Source: Seonamhaeicola sp. MEBiC01930
GTDB taxonomy: Bacteria; Bacteroidota; Bacteroidia; Flavobacteriales; Flavobacteriaceae
DNA: 64,000 nucleotides
Direction: 5' to 3'
Assembly (NCBI RefSeq): GCF_045277075.1
Contig: NZ_CP104270.1
Location: forward strand, 1,524,631-1,588,630
In this document: positions 20,737 through 31,450 of the stretch, piece after piece
Layout: each line of letters begins with the position of its first letter
Numbering within the stretch: position 1 is the stretch's first letter
Translations under genes and position numbers: made by a program
Notes under the pieces: generated by a model
The model's database searches: none
What the model saw: only the letters and a program-made list of their open reading frames with translations
What the model was told of the DNA's origin: nothing

Positions 20737-22821
20737 ATGAGTCAACCAAAAAGATATACCGTAACAACAGCACTACCTTATACCAACGGACCAATTCATA
20801 TTGGGCATTTAGCCGGTGTGTATGTGCCTGCAGATATTTATGTGCGTTATTTGCGTTTAACAGGAAATGATGTAGCGTTTATTGGAGGGAGTGATGAACA
20901 CGGTGTTCCTATTACTATTAAAGCAAAAAATGAAGGCGTTACTCCTCAAGATATTGTAGATAAATATCATGCTATTATTAAAAAATCTTTTGAAGATTTT
21001 GGAATTACTTATGATAATTATTCGCGTACTACGGCACCAATTCATCATAAAACGGCATCTGATTTTTTTAAAAATTTACATGAAAAGGGAGAGTTTATAG
21101 AAGAAACTTCCGAACAGCTGTATGATGAGGAAGCCAACCAGTTTTTAGCTGATAGATTTGTTATTGGTACATGTCCTAAATGTGGAAATGAAGAAAGTTA
21201 TGGCGATCAATGTGAAAACTGCGGAACAAGTCATAATGCAACAGATTTAATAAATCCTAAATCTGCAATAACTGGAAATACACCAACTTTAAAACAAACA
21301 AAACATTGGTTTTTACCTTTAGATAAACACGAAGATTTTTTAAAAGAGTGGATTTTAAAAGGGCATAAAAAAGATTGGAAACCAAACGTATATGGGCAAG
21401 TAAAATCTTGGATAGACGATGGATTACGCCCAAGAGCAGTAACTAGAGATTTAGATTGGGGAATTCCTGTACCTGTTGAAGGAGGCGAGGGAAAAGTATT
21501 ATACGTGTGGTTTGATGCACCTATTGGATATATTTCTTCTACCATAGAATGGGCTCAACGCGAAGGAAAAGATTGGGAGCCATATTGGAAAGACAAAGAC
21601 ACTAAGCTGGTGCATTTTATAGGAAAGGATAATATTGTTTTTCATTGTATCATATTCCCGTCTATGCTAAAGGCAGAAGGTAGTTATATTTTACCGGAAA
21701 ACGTACCAGCAAATGAGTTTTTAAATTTAGAAGGAAATAAATTATCAACTTCAAAAAATTGGGCAGTTTGGTTGCCAGAGTATTTAGAAGATTTCCCTGG
21801 TCAGCAAGATGTATTACGCTATGCTTTAAATGCAAATGCACCAGAAACTAAGGATAACGATTTTACTTGGAAAGATTTTCAAGCCAGAAATAATAACGAG
21901 TTGGTTGCCATTTTCGGAAACTTTATTAACCGGGTTGTGGTGTTAACCAACAAATATTATGATGGAGTAGTACCAACTCCAAGTGAATTTACGCAAATAG
22001 ATGAAGAAACTTTGGCAGCGGTAAAAGCTTACCCTAATGTAATAGCAAGTTCTATTGAGCGTTACCGTTTTAGAGAAGCGGGACAAGAGTTAATGAACTT
22101 AGCTAGATTAGGTAATAAATATTTAGCTGATGAAGAGCCTTGGAAAATGATAAAGGTTGATGAAAATAGAACGCAAACTATAATGTATGTGGCACTTCAA
22201 ATAGCCGGTGCATTATCTGCATTATGTGAACCATTTTTACCATTTACCGCTGAAAAACTTAAAAACATACTTAACGTCAGTTCAAGTGATTCAACAAAGG
22301 AGATTAATATCGAGAACTCTTGGAATGACATTTCAACCAAAGACGTATTGTTACCTGCTGCTCATCAAATAGGGAAAGCAGAATTGTTGTTTTCTAAAAT
22401 TGAAGATAAAACCATTCAGGAACAATTAGATAAGCTAGAAGCAAGCCGTAAAGCTAATGAAGCAGCTAATAAAAAAGTAGAACCACAAAAGGATACTATT
22501 ACTTTTGAAGATTTCACAAAACTGGACCTTAGAGTAGGCACTATTCTTGAAGCTGAAAAAATGCCAAAAACTAAAAAACTTTTAAAGTTAAAGGTTGATA
22601 CTGGAATTGATACGCGTACCATAGTTTCAGGAATAGCAGAAAGCTTTTCAGCAGAAGAAGTTGTTGGAAAACGTGTTACTGTATTAGTGAATCTAGCTCC
22701 TAGAGCCTTAAGAGGGGTAGAAAGTCAAGGGATGATTTTGATGACGGAAACGCCCGAAGGTAAATTGGTATTTGTAAATCCTGATGATTCCTCAGTGGCA
22801 AATGGGCTTCAGATAAGTTAG
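20737..22821 (+). CDS. metG: methionine--tRNA ligase with C-terminal tRNA-binding (EMAP/Trbp111-like) domain
   Basis: HIGH-type motif [11 protein letters not shown]; KMSKS variant KLSTSKN; Zn knuckle CPKCG...CENCG. Confidence 0.95.
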   Translation: MSQPKRYTVTTALPYTNGPIHIGHLAGVYVPADIYVRYLRLTGNDVAFIGGSDEHGVPITIKAKNEGVTPQDIVDKYHAIIKKSFEDFGITYDNYSRTTAPIHHKTASDFFKNLHEKGEFIEETSEQLYDEEANQFLADRFVIGTCPKCGNEESYGDQCENCGTSHNATDLINPKSAITGNTPTLKQTKHWFLPLDKHEDFLKEWILKGHKKDWKPNVYGQVKSWIDDGLRPRAVTRDLDWGIPVPVEGGEGKVLYVWFDAPIGYISSTIEWAQREGKDWEPYWKDKDTKLVHFIGKDNIVFHCIIFPSMLKAEGSYILPENVPANEFLNLEGNKLSTSKNWAVWLPEYLEDFPGQQDVLRYALNANAPETKDNDFTWKDFQARNNNELVAIFGNFINRVVVLTNKYYDGVVPTPSEFTQIDEETLAAVKAYPNVIASSIERYRFREAGQELMNLARLGNKYLADEEPWKMIKVDENRTQTIMYVALQIAGALSALCEPFLPFTAEKLKNILNVSSSDSTKEINIENSWNDISTKDVLLPAAHQIGKAELLFSKIEDKTIQEQLDKLEASRKANEAANKKVEPQKDTITFEDFTKLDLRVGTILEAEKMPKTKKLLKLKVDTGIDTRTIVSGIAESFSAEEVVGKRVTVLVNLAPRALRGVESQGMILMTETPEGKLVFVNPDDSSVANGLQIS

Positions 22822-22822
22822 T

Positions 22823-23146
22823 TTATCTAACAACCAATTTTTTTATCTCCACCTTATCATATTCATCAATAACTTGTAGAATATAAATACCAGTTTTAAG
22901 ATAAGATACGTCAATTTTGATGATGCTTTTATTAAACAGGTAAATTGCAGCGCGTTTACCTAAAACGTTTATAAATTCAACAGATTTAATTTTGTTGACA
23001 CCTAAAATATACAATTCGTTTTCTACAGGGTTTGGGTGACATTTAAAAACCGAATTTATTTTTGATATGGGAGTCTGAATGTTTTGTTGTGCTGATAACT
23101 CGAAGTATGATAATATAGATAACAATGCAATGAGTAAAGTTTTCAT
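22823..23146 (-). CDS. minimal T9SS cargo: signal peptide, ~25-aa linker and a type-A T9SS C-terminal sorting domain, with no passenger domain
   Basis: CTD signature KCHPNPVENELYILGVNKI...YLKTGIYILQV...KKLVV; its stop codon abuts the metG stop. Confidence 0.55.
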   Translation of the reverse strand: MKTLLIALLSILSYFELSAQQNIQTPISKINSVFKCHPNPVENELYILGVNKIKSVEFINVLGKRAAIYLFNKSIIKIDVSYLKTGIYILQVIDEYDKVEIKKLVVR

Positions 23147-23254
23147 ATGGGTATTTTAATTATGGGGTTATATAACAACGGATAATGTAGGTGTTAAATT
23201 ATACTTTGGCACATTTTAGGTGGTTTAAACTAAACATAAACAATTTATTTATCT

Positions 23255-23812
23255 TTGAAATTACTTAACTTTACTAAAAAGAAAAATATGTTATCAAAAT
23301 CAATAGAAGAAGCATTAAATAATCAAATAAGAATTGAAGCAGAGTCTTCTCAAATTTATTTAGCCATGGCGTGTTGGGCAGAGGTTAAGGGCTTAGAGGG
23401 AGTAGCTGGTTTTATGTATGCTCAGTCTGATGAAGAAAGAGAGCACATGCTTAAATTGGTGAAATTTGTAAATGAACGTGGTGGTCATGCAAAAGTTTCT
23501 GCTTTAAAGGCACCAGATGTTACTTTTATTTCCTTTAAAGATATGTTTGAATTGTTATTGAAACATGAAATGTTTGTGTCTCAAAGTATCAATGAGTTAG
23601 TGCATATTACACTTCAAAAGAGAGATTATGCCACACATAACTTCTTACAATGGTATGTGTCTGAACAAATTGAAGAAGAGGCTGTAGCACGTACTATTCT
23701 TGATAAAATAAATCTTATTGGCGATGATAAAGGTGGTTTGTATCTATTTGATAGAGACATTGAAAACCTCACTGTTAGTACCGCTGCACAAGATCCTGCC
23801 GCTGGTGCTTAA
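23255..23812 (+). CDS. ftnA: non-haem bacterial ferritin (likely real start at MLSKS, 23288)
   Basis: ferritin-like di-iron residues E...EEREH...; typical length. Confidence 0.9.
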   Translation: MKLLNFTKKKNMLSKSIEEALNNQIRIEAESSQIYLAMACWAEVKGLEGVAGFMYAQSDEEREHMLKLVKFVNERGGHAKVSALKAPDVTFISFKDMFELLLKHEMFVSQSINELVHITLQKRDYATHNFLQWYVSEQIEEEAVARTILDKINLIGDDKGGLYLFDRDIENLTVSTAAQDPAAGA

Positions 23813-23868
23813 TTTTAACATTTAATCTTATTTAGATTTAATAAAAATAAAGTATATTTGCCCGATAT

Positions 23869-24051
23869 TTGAAATTAGCTATTCAAATTTTGGGCAAAAA
23901 AAAGAATAAAAAAGCAGTAAAAAAGTTGAAAAAACTTGGGGTTATTACAACCGATAAGGTTAAAAGTAGCTGCTGTAAAAAGTTTAAAAAAGGCGAAAAC
24001 AAACGCTGTAAAAAATGCCCATGCTTCGATCTTCTTAAAAAAGTGGCATAA
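23869..24051 (+). CDS. possible small Lys/Cys-rich protein (60 aa) starting on TTG; may instead be part of the tex 5' leader
   Basis: ORF with cluster SSCCKKFKKGENKRCKKCPCF; TAtaTTTG box at 23853-23860. Confidence 0.2.
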   Translation: MKLAIQILGKKKNKKAVKKLKKLGVITTDKVKSSCCKKFKKGENKRCKKCPCFDLLKKVA

Positions 24052-24116
24052 TTTCATTTTAATTGTTTCCAAAACAAGATTCTTTTCTAAATTGCGTTTG
24101 TTTCAAATTTAAATAA

Positions 24117-26240
24117 ATGCAAATTCTCAATTATATAATTGGTCATATTCAATTACCCGAGAAATCGGTTAAAAACACCTTAGAATTACTCAAGGAAGAT
24201 TGTACCATTCCCTTTATCTCACGCTACAGAAAAGAGCGAACGGGCAATTTAGATGAGGTTCAAATTGGAGAAATAGTTAAGTTTAAAGAACAGTTTGAAG
24301 CTATAGAAAAAAGAAAAAAAGCTATTTTAAAAGCTTTAGAAGAACAAGATGTTCTTTCAGCAGAATTACAACAAAAAATAGAAACAGTTCAAGACTTAAC
24401 TAGTTTAGAAGATTTATACCTTCCGTTTAAGAAAAGCAGAAAAACAAAAGCTGAAAAAGCAAGACAAAATGGATTGGAACCATTGGCAAAAATAATTATG
24501 AGCCAAAATACCAATGATATTGAATCTGCTGGGTATAGATATGTTAAGGGTGCAATTTCATCAGTTGATGATGCCTTAGAGGGAGCTCGCCACATTATTG
24601 CAGAATGGATTAATGAGCGTACCGATATTAGGAATAATATACGGCATCAATTAGAACGTTTTGCTATGATTAATACCAAGGTTGTTAAGACTAAGGAAAC
24701 TGAAGAAAAAGCACAAAAGTTCCGAGATTATTTTGAATGGGAAGAGTCACTAAGTAGAATTCCGTCACATCGTTTATTAGCTATTTTAAGAGCCGAAAAA
24801 GAAGGCTTTATAAGAGTTAAGATTGAAATTGATAATGAAAGAGCTTTAGATAAAATTGAAAACAGAATTATTCGATCAAATAATGCATGTGCAGACCAAA
24901 TTGAATTGGCCATTAAAGATGCTTATAAGCGGTTATTATTGCCATCATTAAGTAATGAGGCGTTACAAATAGCCAAGGAAAAAGCTGATGATTCGGCAAT
25001 ATCGGTATTTGCTAAAAACCTAAAGCAATTATTATTAGGTTCTCCTTTAGGAGAAAAACGGGTTTTAGCAATAGATCCTGGTTTTAGAACGGGTTGTAAA
25101 TTAGTGTGTTTAGATGCCCAGGGACAATTACTTTACAATGAAACTATATATCCGCATCCACCAAAGAATGATAGTACTGGAGCCATGAAGAAAATAAACT
25201 CTTTAGCTGATGCTTATAAAACTGAAGCTATTGCTATTGGAAACGGAACGGCATCAAGAGAAACCGAAGCTTTAATTAGAAGAATTCGATTTAAAAATGA
25301 CATAAAAGTCTTTGTGGTAAGTGAGGCTGGTGCTAGTATTTATTCGGCATCTAAAATAGCTAGAGAAGAGTTTCCTAATTATGATGTTACCGTTCGTGGT
25401 GCTGTTTCCATTGGGCGTCGTCTGCAAGACCCTTTAGCAGAATTGGTAAAGATAGATGCTAAATCTATTGGTGTTGGTCAATATCAGCATGATGTAGACC
25501 AATCAAAGCTTCAAAAATCATTAGAATCAGTGGTTGAAAATTGTGTAAACGCAGTTGGTGTAAATATTAATACAGCTAGTAAGTCGTTATTAAGCTATGT
25601 GTCTGGTATCGGACCAAAATTGGCAGAAAATATTTTTAATCATCGTAAGGAAAATGGCCCATTCACTTCAAGGAAAGGAATTTCTAAAGTACCTCGTTTA
25701 GGTAACAAGGCTTTTGAGCAGGGAGCTGCTTTTTTAAGAATTAAAAACGCTGAAAATCCATTAGATGATTCGGCAGTACATCCTGAAAGTTATTCTGTTA
25801 TTAATAAAATGGCAAAAGATTTAGGTAAATCTATTAATAGCTTAATTGGTAATCCTGAAACACTTAAAAATATTGATCTAAATAAGTATTGTACAAATAC
25901 CATCGGTTTACCAACATTGGAAGATATAATGAAGGAGTTAGAAAAACCGGGATTAGATATTAGAGAGCAAGCCAAGGTGTTTACCTTTAATCAGAATATT
26001 AAAACAATGAATGATTTACGTGAAGGACAGTTATTACCAGGAATTGTGAATAACATTACCAACTTTGGTTGCTTTGTAGATGTTGGAATTAAAGAAAGTG
26101 GGTTGATTCATGTCTCAAACCTCTCAGATAGTTTTGTAAAAGATGTAAATGAACACGTCCATTTACACCAACAGGTTATTGTAAAAGTTTTAGATATTGA
26201 TGTAAAAAGAAAGCGTATTCAGTTAAAGCTCCATAAATAA
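24117..26240 (+). CDS. tex: Tex-like transcription accessory protein (YqgF/RuvC-like, HhH, S1 domains)
   Basis: length and domain order; C-terminal S1 GQLLPGIVNNITNFGCFVDVG. Confidence 0.9.
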   Translation: MQILNYIIGHIQLPEKSVKNTLELLKEDCTIPFISRYRKERTGNLDEVQIGEIVKFKEQFEAIEKRKKAILKALEEQDVLSAELQQKIETVQDLTSLEDLYLPFKKSRKTKAEKARQNGLEPLAKIIMSQNTNDIESAGYRYVKGAISSVDDALEGARHIIAEWINERTDIRNNIRHQLERFAMINTKVVKTKETEEKAQKFRDYFEWEESLSRIPSHRLLAILRAEKEGFIRVKIEIDNERALDKIENRIIRSNNACADQIELAIKDAYKRLLLPSLSNEALQIAKEKADDSAISVFAKNLKQLLLGSPLGEKRVLAIDPGFRTGCKLVCLDAQGQLLYNETIYPHPPKNDSTGAMKKINSLADAYKTEAIAIGNGTASRETEALIRRIRFKNDIKVFVVSEAGASIYSASKIAREEFPNYDVTVRGAVSIGRRLQDPLAELVKIDAKSIGVGQYQHDVDQSKLQKSLESVVENCVNAVGVNINTASKSLLSYVSGIGPKLAENIFNHRKENGPFTSRKGISKVPRLGNKAFEQGAAFLRIKNAENPLDDSAVHPESYSVINKMAKDLGKSINSLIGNPETLKNIDLNKYCTNTIGLPTLEDIMKELEKPGLDIREQAKVFTFNQNIKTMNDLREGQLLPGIVNNITNFGCFVDVGIKESGLIHVSNLSDSFVKDVNEHVHLHQQVIVKVLDIDVKRKRIQLKLHK

Positions 26241-26277
26241 ATTGTAATGTTATCGTGTCTTTACAGACATAGTATTC

Positions 26278-27120
26278 ATGACGCACTCATTTTCTGAATT
26301 TTCTACAAATGCGCTATTAAAGGTTGGCGATGAATCTTTATTGGCACCTTATAAATCTTCTAAACGATTAGATATTTATGTGTTTATTAGAACTTCAATA
26401 ACTAAGGCAGAGGTTGTAGTAGATAGTGTTCCAATAAGTATACCTACAAATAGTATTCTGGCGTTGACGGCAGTTCAGTATTTTCAATTTTTAAAAGGAG
26501 AAAACCTTAAAGTGTATTTCTTTAACAGAGAGTTTTATTGTATTAAAGATCATGACCAGGAAGTTGGTTGCGCGGGTTTACTATTTTTTGGAAATGTTCA
26601 AAACCCTATAATTTATTTAGACGATAAAGAGCAGTCTAAATTCAATGTATTGCATGAAGTTTTTGTTGATGAACTAGAAACCAAAGATACTATTCAAGCT
26701 GAAATGCTACGTATGCTCATGGCGCGTTTTATAATTAAAAGTACTAGGTTGTTAAAGGCTAAAGAGGAATTAAGTGATACTACCAAAAACTCTAAAACAG
26801 AATTATTGAGAGCTTTTAATGTTTTAGTAGAAGAACATTTTAGAACAGAACATAGTGTGCAATTCTATGCTAATGCTCTGTTTAAATCTCCAAAAACCTT
26901 GTCTAACAGTTTTGCCAAATTAAATACAAGTCCGTTAAAAATTATTCATGAGCGTATAGTTTTGGAAGCAAAACGCCTTTTAATATATACCGAAAAGACT
27001 TTAAAGGAAATTGCCTATGAAGTAGGTTTTGAGGATGCTTCTCATTTAAGCCGTTTGTTTAAAAAGTATACCGCCGTAACTCCGTCCGATTTCAAGAAAC
27101 AACACAAATTAGCTTCTTAG
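26278..27120 (+). CDS. AraC-family transcriptional regulator
   Basis: C-terminal HTH_18 KTLKEIAYEVGFEDASHLSRLFKK. Confidence 0.8.
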   Translation: MTHSFSEFSTNALLKVGDESLLAPYKSSKRLDIYVFIRTSITKAEVVVDSVPISIPTNSILALTAVQYFQFLKGENLKVYFFNREFYCIKDHDQEVGCAGLLFFGNVQNPIIYLDDKEQSKFNVLHEVFVDELETKDTIQAEMLRMLMARFIIKSTRLLKAKEELSDTTKNSKTELLRAFNVLVEEHFRTEHSVQFYANALFKSPKTLSNSFAKLNTSPLKIIHERIVLEAKRLLIYTEKTLKEIAYEVGFEDASHLSRLFKKYTAVTPSDFKKQHKLAS

Positions 27121-27211
27121 GGAAAAATTGACAAAACCAAAGGAAATCTGTCTATGGTTTCTAACTTGGTTAAAATTCATCTTTGTACTGTATAATTAAA
27201 ACAACAAAGTC

Positions 27212-27379
27212 ATGAATTTAAAACACATATCAATTTTCAACCTTATTGAAATATTTAGAGGAAAAAGAAGTAATCAAAATCATTTAATTATCCCAGAAAA
27301 ACATTGTGAGCACAAGCAATTGCATGATTTTTATTGTGATTCTGATGAGGCTCATAATAAGACAAAAGTTGTTCTTTAA
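27212..27379 (+). CDS. hypothetical 55-aa Cys/His-containing small protein (MNLKHISIFNLIEIFRGKRSNQNHLIIPEKHCEHKQLHDFYCDSDEAHNKTKVVL); not in the >=60-aa ORF track
   Basis: ATG at 27212 and TAA at 27377; preceded by a copy of a duplicated upstream motif. Confidence 0.3.
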   Translation: MNLKHISIFNLIEIFRGKRSNQNHLIIPEKHCEHKQLHDFYCDSDEAHNKTKVVL

Positions 27380-27497
27380 CTTTTATTGGGAAGAATTGAC
27401 TCTTCAAAGGGAAATTTAATCATGGTATAATAGGCTCTTTAGAAGCAACTTTGTACCGAACAAATAACAAATTTTTAAACATTATAAATATAAAATT

Positions 27498-28046
27498 ATG
27501 AGCACATTTAAAGTACCAACAAGAAATGAAGTAAGTGAAAACAATCAAGTAATTTTTGATAATCTTAATAAAGCATTGGGGTTTGTACCTAATTTATATG
27601 CTACTTATGCACATAGTGATACGGCCCTAGAAAATTATTTAACCTTTTCAAATGCTAAAACATCATTATCGGCTAAAGAGAAAGAAGTGGTGAATTTAGC
27701 CGTGAGTGAAGTTAATCAATGTGTGTATTGCCTATCTGCACATACTGCTATAGGAAAAATGAACGGATTTACAGATGAACAAATTTTGGAATTAAGAACG
27801 GGAGCAGCTTCATTTAATTCAAAATTAGATGCTTTAGCACGATTATCAAGAAACATCACTGAAAATAGAGGTTCTACCGATGATGAAGTTCTTGAAAACT
27901 TTTTTAATGAAGGATATTCAAGAGGCAATTTAATTGATGTGATTTCATTGGTTGGAGATAAAACCATTTCAAATTATTTACATAAAACTACACAAGTACC
28001 TGTTGATTTCCCAGAAGTACAACCTTTAGAAATTGCAGCTGTATAG
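27498..28046 (+). CDS. carboxymuconolactone decarboxylase-family (AhpD-like) peroxidase-related protein
   Basis: CMD motif NQCVYCLSAHT. Confidence 0.8.
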   Translation: MSTFKVPTRNEVSENNQVIFDNLNKALGFVPNLYATYAHSDTALENYLTFSNAKTSLSAKEKEVVNLAVSEVNQCVYCLSAHTAIGKMNGFTDEQILELRTGAASFNSKLDALARLSRNITENRGSTDDEVLENFFNEGYSRGNLIDVISLVGDKTISNYLHKTTQVPVDFPEVQPLEIAAV

Positions 28047-28083
28047 TAATAAACCAAGTATTAATTTATAATTTTAATAAACA

Positions 28084-28452
28084 ATGAAACATTTAATTTC
28101 AACATTAGTTATAGCATTCATATTTACAATTAATATAAATGCTCAAGAAGTAAAAACTATTGCTTTAGAACAAACAAAAGGAGAATTTACGCAAAAAGAG
28201 GTAACCGTAAATGAAGGTACTTATGTGTTTGCGGTGTCAAATAATCATGCTGCTATGGAAGTGGGACTGGTATTAGTGCAAAAAGGGAAAGATGCAAGTA
28301 ACCCTGATAACCATATTAAAACAGCCTATGTTACAGAAGTGGTTAAAGAAGGTGAAACACAAAAAACAAAGCCCACTAAGTTAACAAAAGGAGAGTACGT
28401 ATATTTCTGTCCTTTAAACCCCACACCACAGTACACCCTAAAAGTACAATAG
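28084..28452 (+). CDS. secreted hypothetical protein (122 aa)
   Basis: signal peptide; terminator follows at 28473-28505. Confidence 0.5.
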   Translation: MKHLISTLVIAFIFTININAQEVKTIALEQTKGEFTQKEVTVNEGTYVFAVSNNHAAMEVGLVLVQKGKDASNPDNHIKTAYVTEVVKEGETQKTKPTKLTKGEYVYFCPLNPTPQYTLKVQ

Positions 28453-28472
28453 TTATAGTTAACTCTTAATAG

Positions 28473-28505
28473 CAAAAACCCTCCATAATTATGGAGGGTT
28501 TTTTA
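28473..28505 (+). terminator. rho-independent terminator (stem AACCCTCCATAATTATGGAGGGTT, then T-run)
   Basis: long palindrome followed by T6. Confidence 0.65.
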
Positions 28506-28581
28506 TAAGAATCAGGAAATTTGACCAAACTCCAATAATGTGTTTTTATTTATCTTTAAATAATTAACTAACATATTTAAA

Positions 28582-29409
28582 ATGAAATCCACTTACATTT
28601 CTGCTTTAATTGTTTTTGTGTTTTTAATGGGATGCAAAAATGAATCGAATATTCCACCTGTTTCTACCCCGGAAACCACCGAATCATCAAAAAGAAAAAT
28701 AATAGACCTTACTCATGAGTTTTCTGAAGAAACCGTGTATTGGGTAACAGCCAAAGAATTTGAAATGGATGTAGTTGCGGAAGGACACACAGACCACGGT
28801 TACTATTATGCAGCAAATAATTTTACCACTGCGGAGCATGGAGGAACCCATATTGATGCACCTATTCATTTTGCGGAAAATAAACAGTATGTAAATGAGA
28901 TTCCTTTAGAAAATCTTATTGGTCCAGCTATAAAAGTTGATGTTTCTGAACGTGCCTTAGCTAACCCCGATTATTTGGTAAGTGTTGAAGATTTCACCAA
29001 TTGGGAAAAGGAGAATGGCATAGAAATTCCCAATGGCAGTATTGTGCTATTAGAAACAGGTTTTTCAAAATACTATCCGGACAAAAAGAAATATTTAGGC
29101 ACTGACCAGAGAGGTCCTGAAGCTGTTAAACTATTACACTTTCCTGGGTTGTCTCCTGAAGCTGCTCAGTGGTTGGTTGATAGCAGAAAAATCAATTCCA
29201 TTGGCCTTGATACACCAAGTATAGACTATGGGCAATCAAAATTATTTAAGGCACATGTAATTTTACTATCTGAAAATATACCAGCATTTGAAAACTTAAC
29301 AAATCTAGACAAGTTGCCTTCAAAAGATTTTGAAGTGGTTGCTCTTCCTATGAAAATTAAAGGCGGTAGTGGTGCTCCGCTGCGTATTGTGGCATTTGTA
29401 AATGACTAA
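28582..29409 (+). CDS. cyclase-family protein (kynurenine formamidase-like), lipoprotein
   Basis: motif HGGTHIDAPIHF; lipobox LMGCK. Confidence 0.8.
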   Translation: MKSTYISALIVFVFLMGCKNESNIPPVSTPETTESSKRKIIDLTHEFSEETVYWVTAKEFEMDVVAEGHTDHGYYYAANNFTTAEHGGTHIDAPIHFAENKQYVNEIPLENLIGPAIKVDVSERALANPDYLVSVEDFTNWEKENGIEIPNGSIVLLETGFSKYYPDKKKYLGTDQRGPEAVKLLHFPGLSPEAAQWLVDSRKINSIGLDTPSIDYGQSKLFKAHVILLSENIPAFENLTNLDKLPSKDFEVVALPMKIKGGSGAPLRIVAFVND

Positions 29410-29454
29410 GAGTTATAATGTCATTGGATTATGGATTTTAAAACCGTTATTATG

Positions 29455-30276
29455 CTAATTGAAGTTAGCATAAGAAACGCCACTTTCATTCATAAAAGTA
29501 TTACCCTTATTATTTAAATCTAATGGTTCGCCGTTAAAACTTGTTGCGGGTAATCCAAGTTCTTGATAAATACAGGCTGTAGCAGCATAATCCCAAATAC
29601 TACCTCCTCCATTACTTTTCTTTGGAAGTTTTAAAAAGCATGCAGGCCCATTTTCTAAAGCTAAAATGGCGCACATAACAGCGCCAGCACCAGAAATTTC
29701 TTTAATCTCTTTTAACCCAAAATTAGTCAATTGATTATTCAGAATATCTTTAATTTCTTCAGATTTAGGTGTGTCCTTTAGTTTTTTATCAGTGATATAG
29801 GTTAAATAATCATTTGTGTTTTTAATGGTCCATATTTTTTTGTTTTTGTAAGCACCATTAGCTTTTACAGCATGGTATAAGGTGCTTGTGCTAGGGTCAA
29901 AAACTACACCAATAATAGGAGTACCATCTCTAGAGATTAAAGCAATGGATACAGAAAATCCGGCGTGCTTATTAATAAATGCCAATGTGCCATCCATAGG
30001 GTCTACACACCAAAAGAAGTCTTTTTCAAGTCGGCTACCATCGTCTGTGGTTTCCTCAGATAATAAACCTATATCGTGTGCTTCACAAGTTGGTTTTAAA
30101 TGCGATAAAATAATGCTTTCGCATTCACGGTCTACTTTTGTTACTACTTGAGAGGCGTAAGTAGAACCTCCTTCTTTAGTCTCTACAGTTATGTTATCAT
30201 TCATATATTTCTGAATGACTTTTCCAGCTGAAGTGGCAGCTTCAATGGCAATATTTGCTAGATGTTGTAAGTCCAT
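29455..30276 (-). CDS. inositol monophosphatase family protein / 3'(2'),5'-bisphosphate nucleotidase (CysQ-like)
   Basis: IMPase motifs WCVDPMDGT and GGGSIWDYAA. Confidence 0.75.
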   Translation of the reverse strand: MDLQHLANIAIEAATSAGKVIQKYMNDNITVETKEGGSTYASQVVTKVDRECESIILSHLKPTCEAHDIGLLSEETTDDGSRLEKDFFWCVDPMDGTLAFINKHAGFSVSIALISRDGTPIIGVVFDPSTSTLYHAVKANGAYKNKKIWTIKNTNDYLTYITDKKLKDTPKSEEIKDILNNQLTNFGLKEIKEISGAGAVMCAILALENGPACFLKLPKKSNGGGSIWDYAATACIYQELGLPATSFNGEPLDLNNKGNTFMNESGVSYANFN

Positions 30277-30278
30277 AA

Positions 30279-31226
30279 TTATAGATTTTTAATGACTTCG
30301 GTAGTGATACGTTCGCTATAACTATTAATTTTCCAATGGCCGGGGCTCCAGCCTTTTAAAAACCGATGAAAATCTGCCCATGCAACACGATATAGCGGTC
30401 GCCATTCATTTTCTAGGGCTTCATTTTTTTTACCAAGTGCTTTATGCAAATAGCTAAAGTAAGTGTCTAATATTTTAGTTTCCATGCGCTCGCAATCACT
30501 TTCATAGAGGCAACTACCAATAAAATAAGCAACATCTTTTATACCACATCCACCGCCAACATATTGAAAATCTACTCCGGCAACTTGTCCGTTTTCTGAA
30601 AAACAAAAGTTTGCCAATTTTGCATCGCCATGAACAAATGTTTGAAAGTTACAGTTGTTGAGTTTATTGTCAATAGCGGCAGCAGCCTTTTTCAAGGCTT
30701 TATCTTCTAAAACCTCTAATTCTTGAGGTCTAGTTTCTAAATGCCAATAAGTGCCAACATTCCAAAGTCCGTTAGGTATTTTTCCCAAATAACTAGCATG
30801 AAATTGTGCTAACCATTCTAAACAAGTTTCTATATCTGTCCATACTACATCTTGTTTTCGTAATGGGAAACCAGCTTCATCCAAGTCCTCAAGTACTATA
30901 AGCACTTCGTCTTGATGACGCTCCATAGCAAAACACTTTGGCAAACGTGCCATACTATTTTTGCTATGCTGGTTGTACCATGTGGTTTCTACTTCATAAG
31001 ATTTTAGTTTTCTTTGATGCCCAATATCAGTATTCCATCCTCTTGGGTGATTGCTCTTTCTAGGTAATTGAACATGTTTGACAATAACGCTTTCTATAGG
31101 CGAGTTTTCTAGAGCAACACGTATAATTTTACCATAACCACTCCATAATTCTTGAATGACTTCTTTTTCCTTTAAAGATGAGGCTCCAGTTTTTTGTAGA
31201 ATTACAGATTTAAAATAATCGTTCAT
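30279..31226 (-). CDS. aminoglycoside/choline-kinase-like phosphotransferase (APH/EcKL-like)
   Basis: Brenner motif [10 protein letters not shown]; DFQ-type metal-binding motif VDFQYVG. Confidence 0.6.
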   Translation of the reverse strand: MNDYFKSVILQKTGASSLKEKEVIQELWSGYGKIIRVALENSPIESVIVKHVQLPRKSNHPRGWNTDIGHQRKLKSYEVETTWYNQHSKNSMARLPKCFAMERHQDEVLIVLEDLDEAGFPLRKQDVVWTDIETCLEWLAQFHASYLGKIPNGLWNVGTYWHLETRPQELEVLEDKALKKAAAAIDNKLNNCNFQTFVHGDAKLANFCFSENGQVAGVDFQYVGGGCGIKDVAYFIGSCLYESDCERMETKILDTYFSYLHKALGKKNEALENEWRPLYRVAWADFHRFLKGWSPGHWKINSYSERITTEVIKNL

Positions 31227-31395
31227 AGGGTTTCAAAGGTAGGGAATTGAGGAATTTTAAAATACCATTTAATTTTGATATTTAATAAGCTGTTAGCAAG
31301 TGCACACGCGTAAGCGATTGTAGCGGCATCCTTTTGCTTTTTTGTAAAGGATATAGCGAAACATTTCTGTTCATGAATTCATTAATTTGAAATAG

Positions 31396-31427
31396 AAAAT
31401 CATGAATAAAAGCGCGACCCCGCCAAA
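31396..31427 (-). terminator. rho-independent terminator for the SPFH gene (stem ACCCCGC, loop, stem GCGGGGT, then T-run on minus)
   Basis: 7-bp GC stem followed by TTTTATT on the minus strand. Confidence 0.6.
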
Positions 31428-31450
31428 AGCGGGGTTACGCCCTAAAACAC

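Noticed and set aside
20580-20870. 96-aa ORF overlapping the metG start
   Set aside because: It runs out of frame across the metG N-terminus and promoter region and has no motif; it is spurious.
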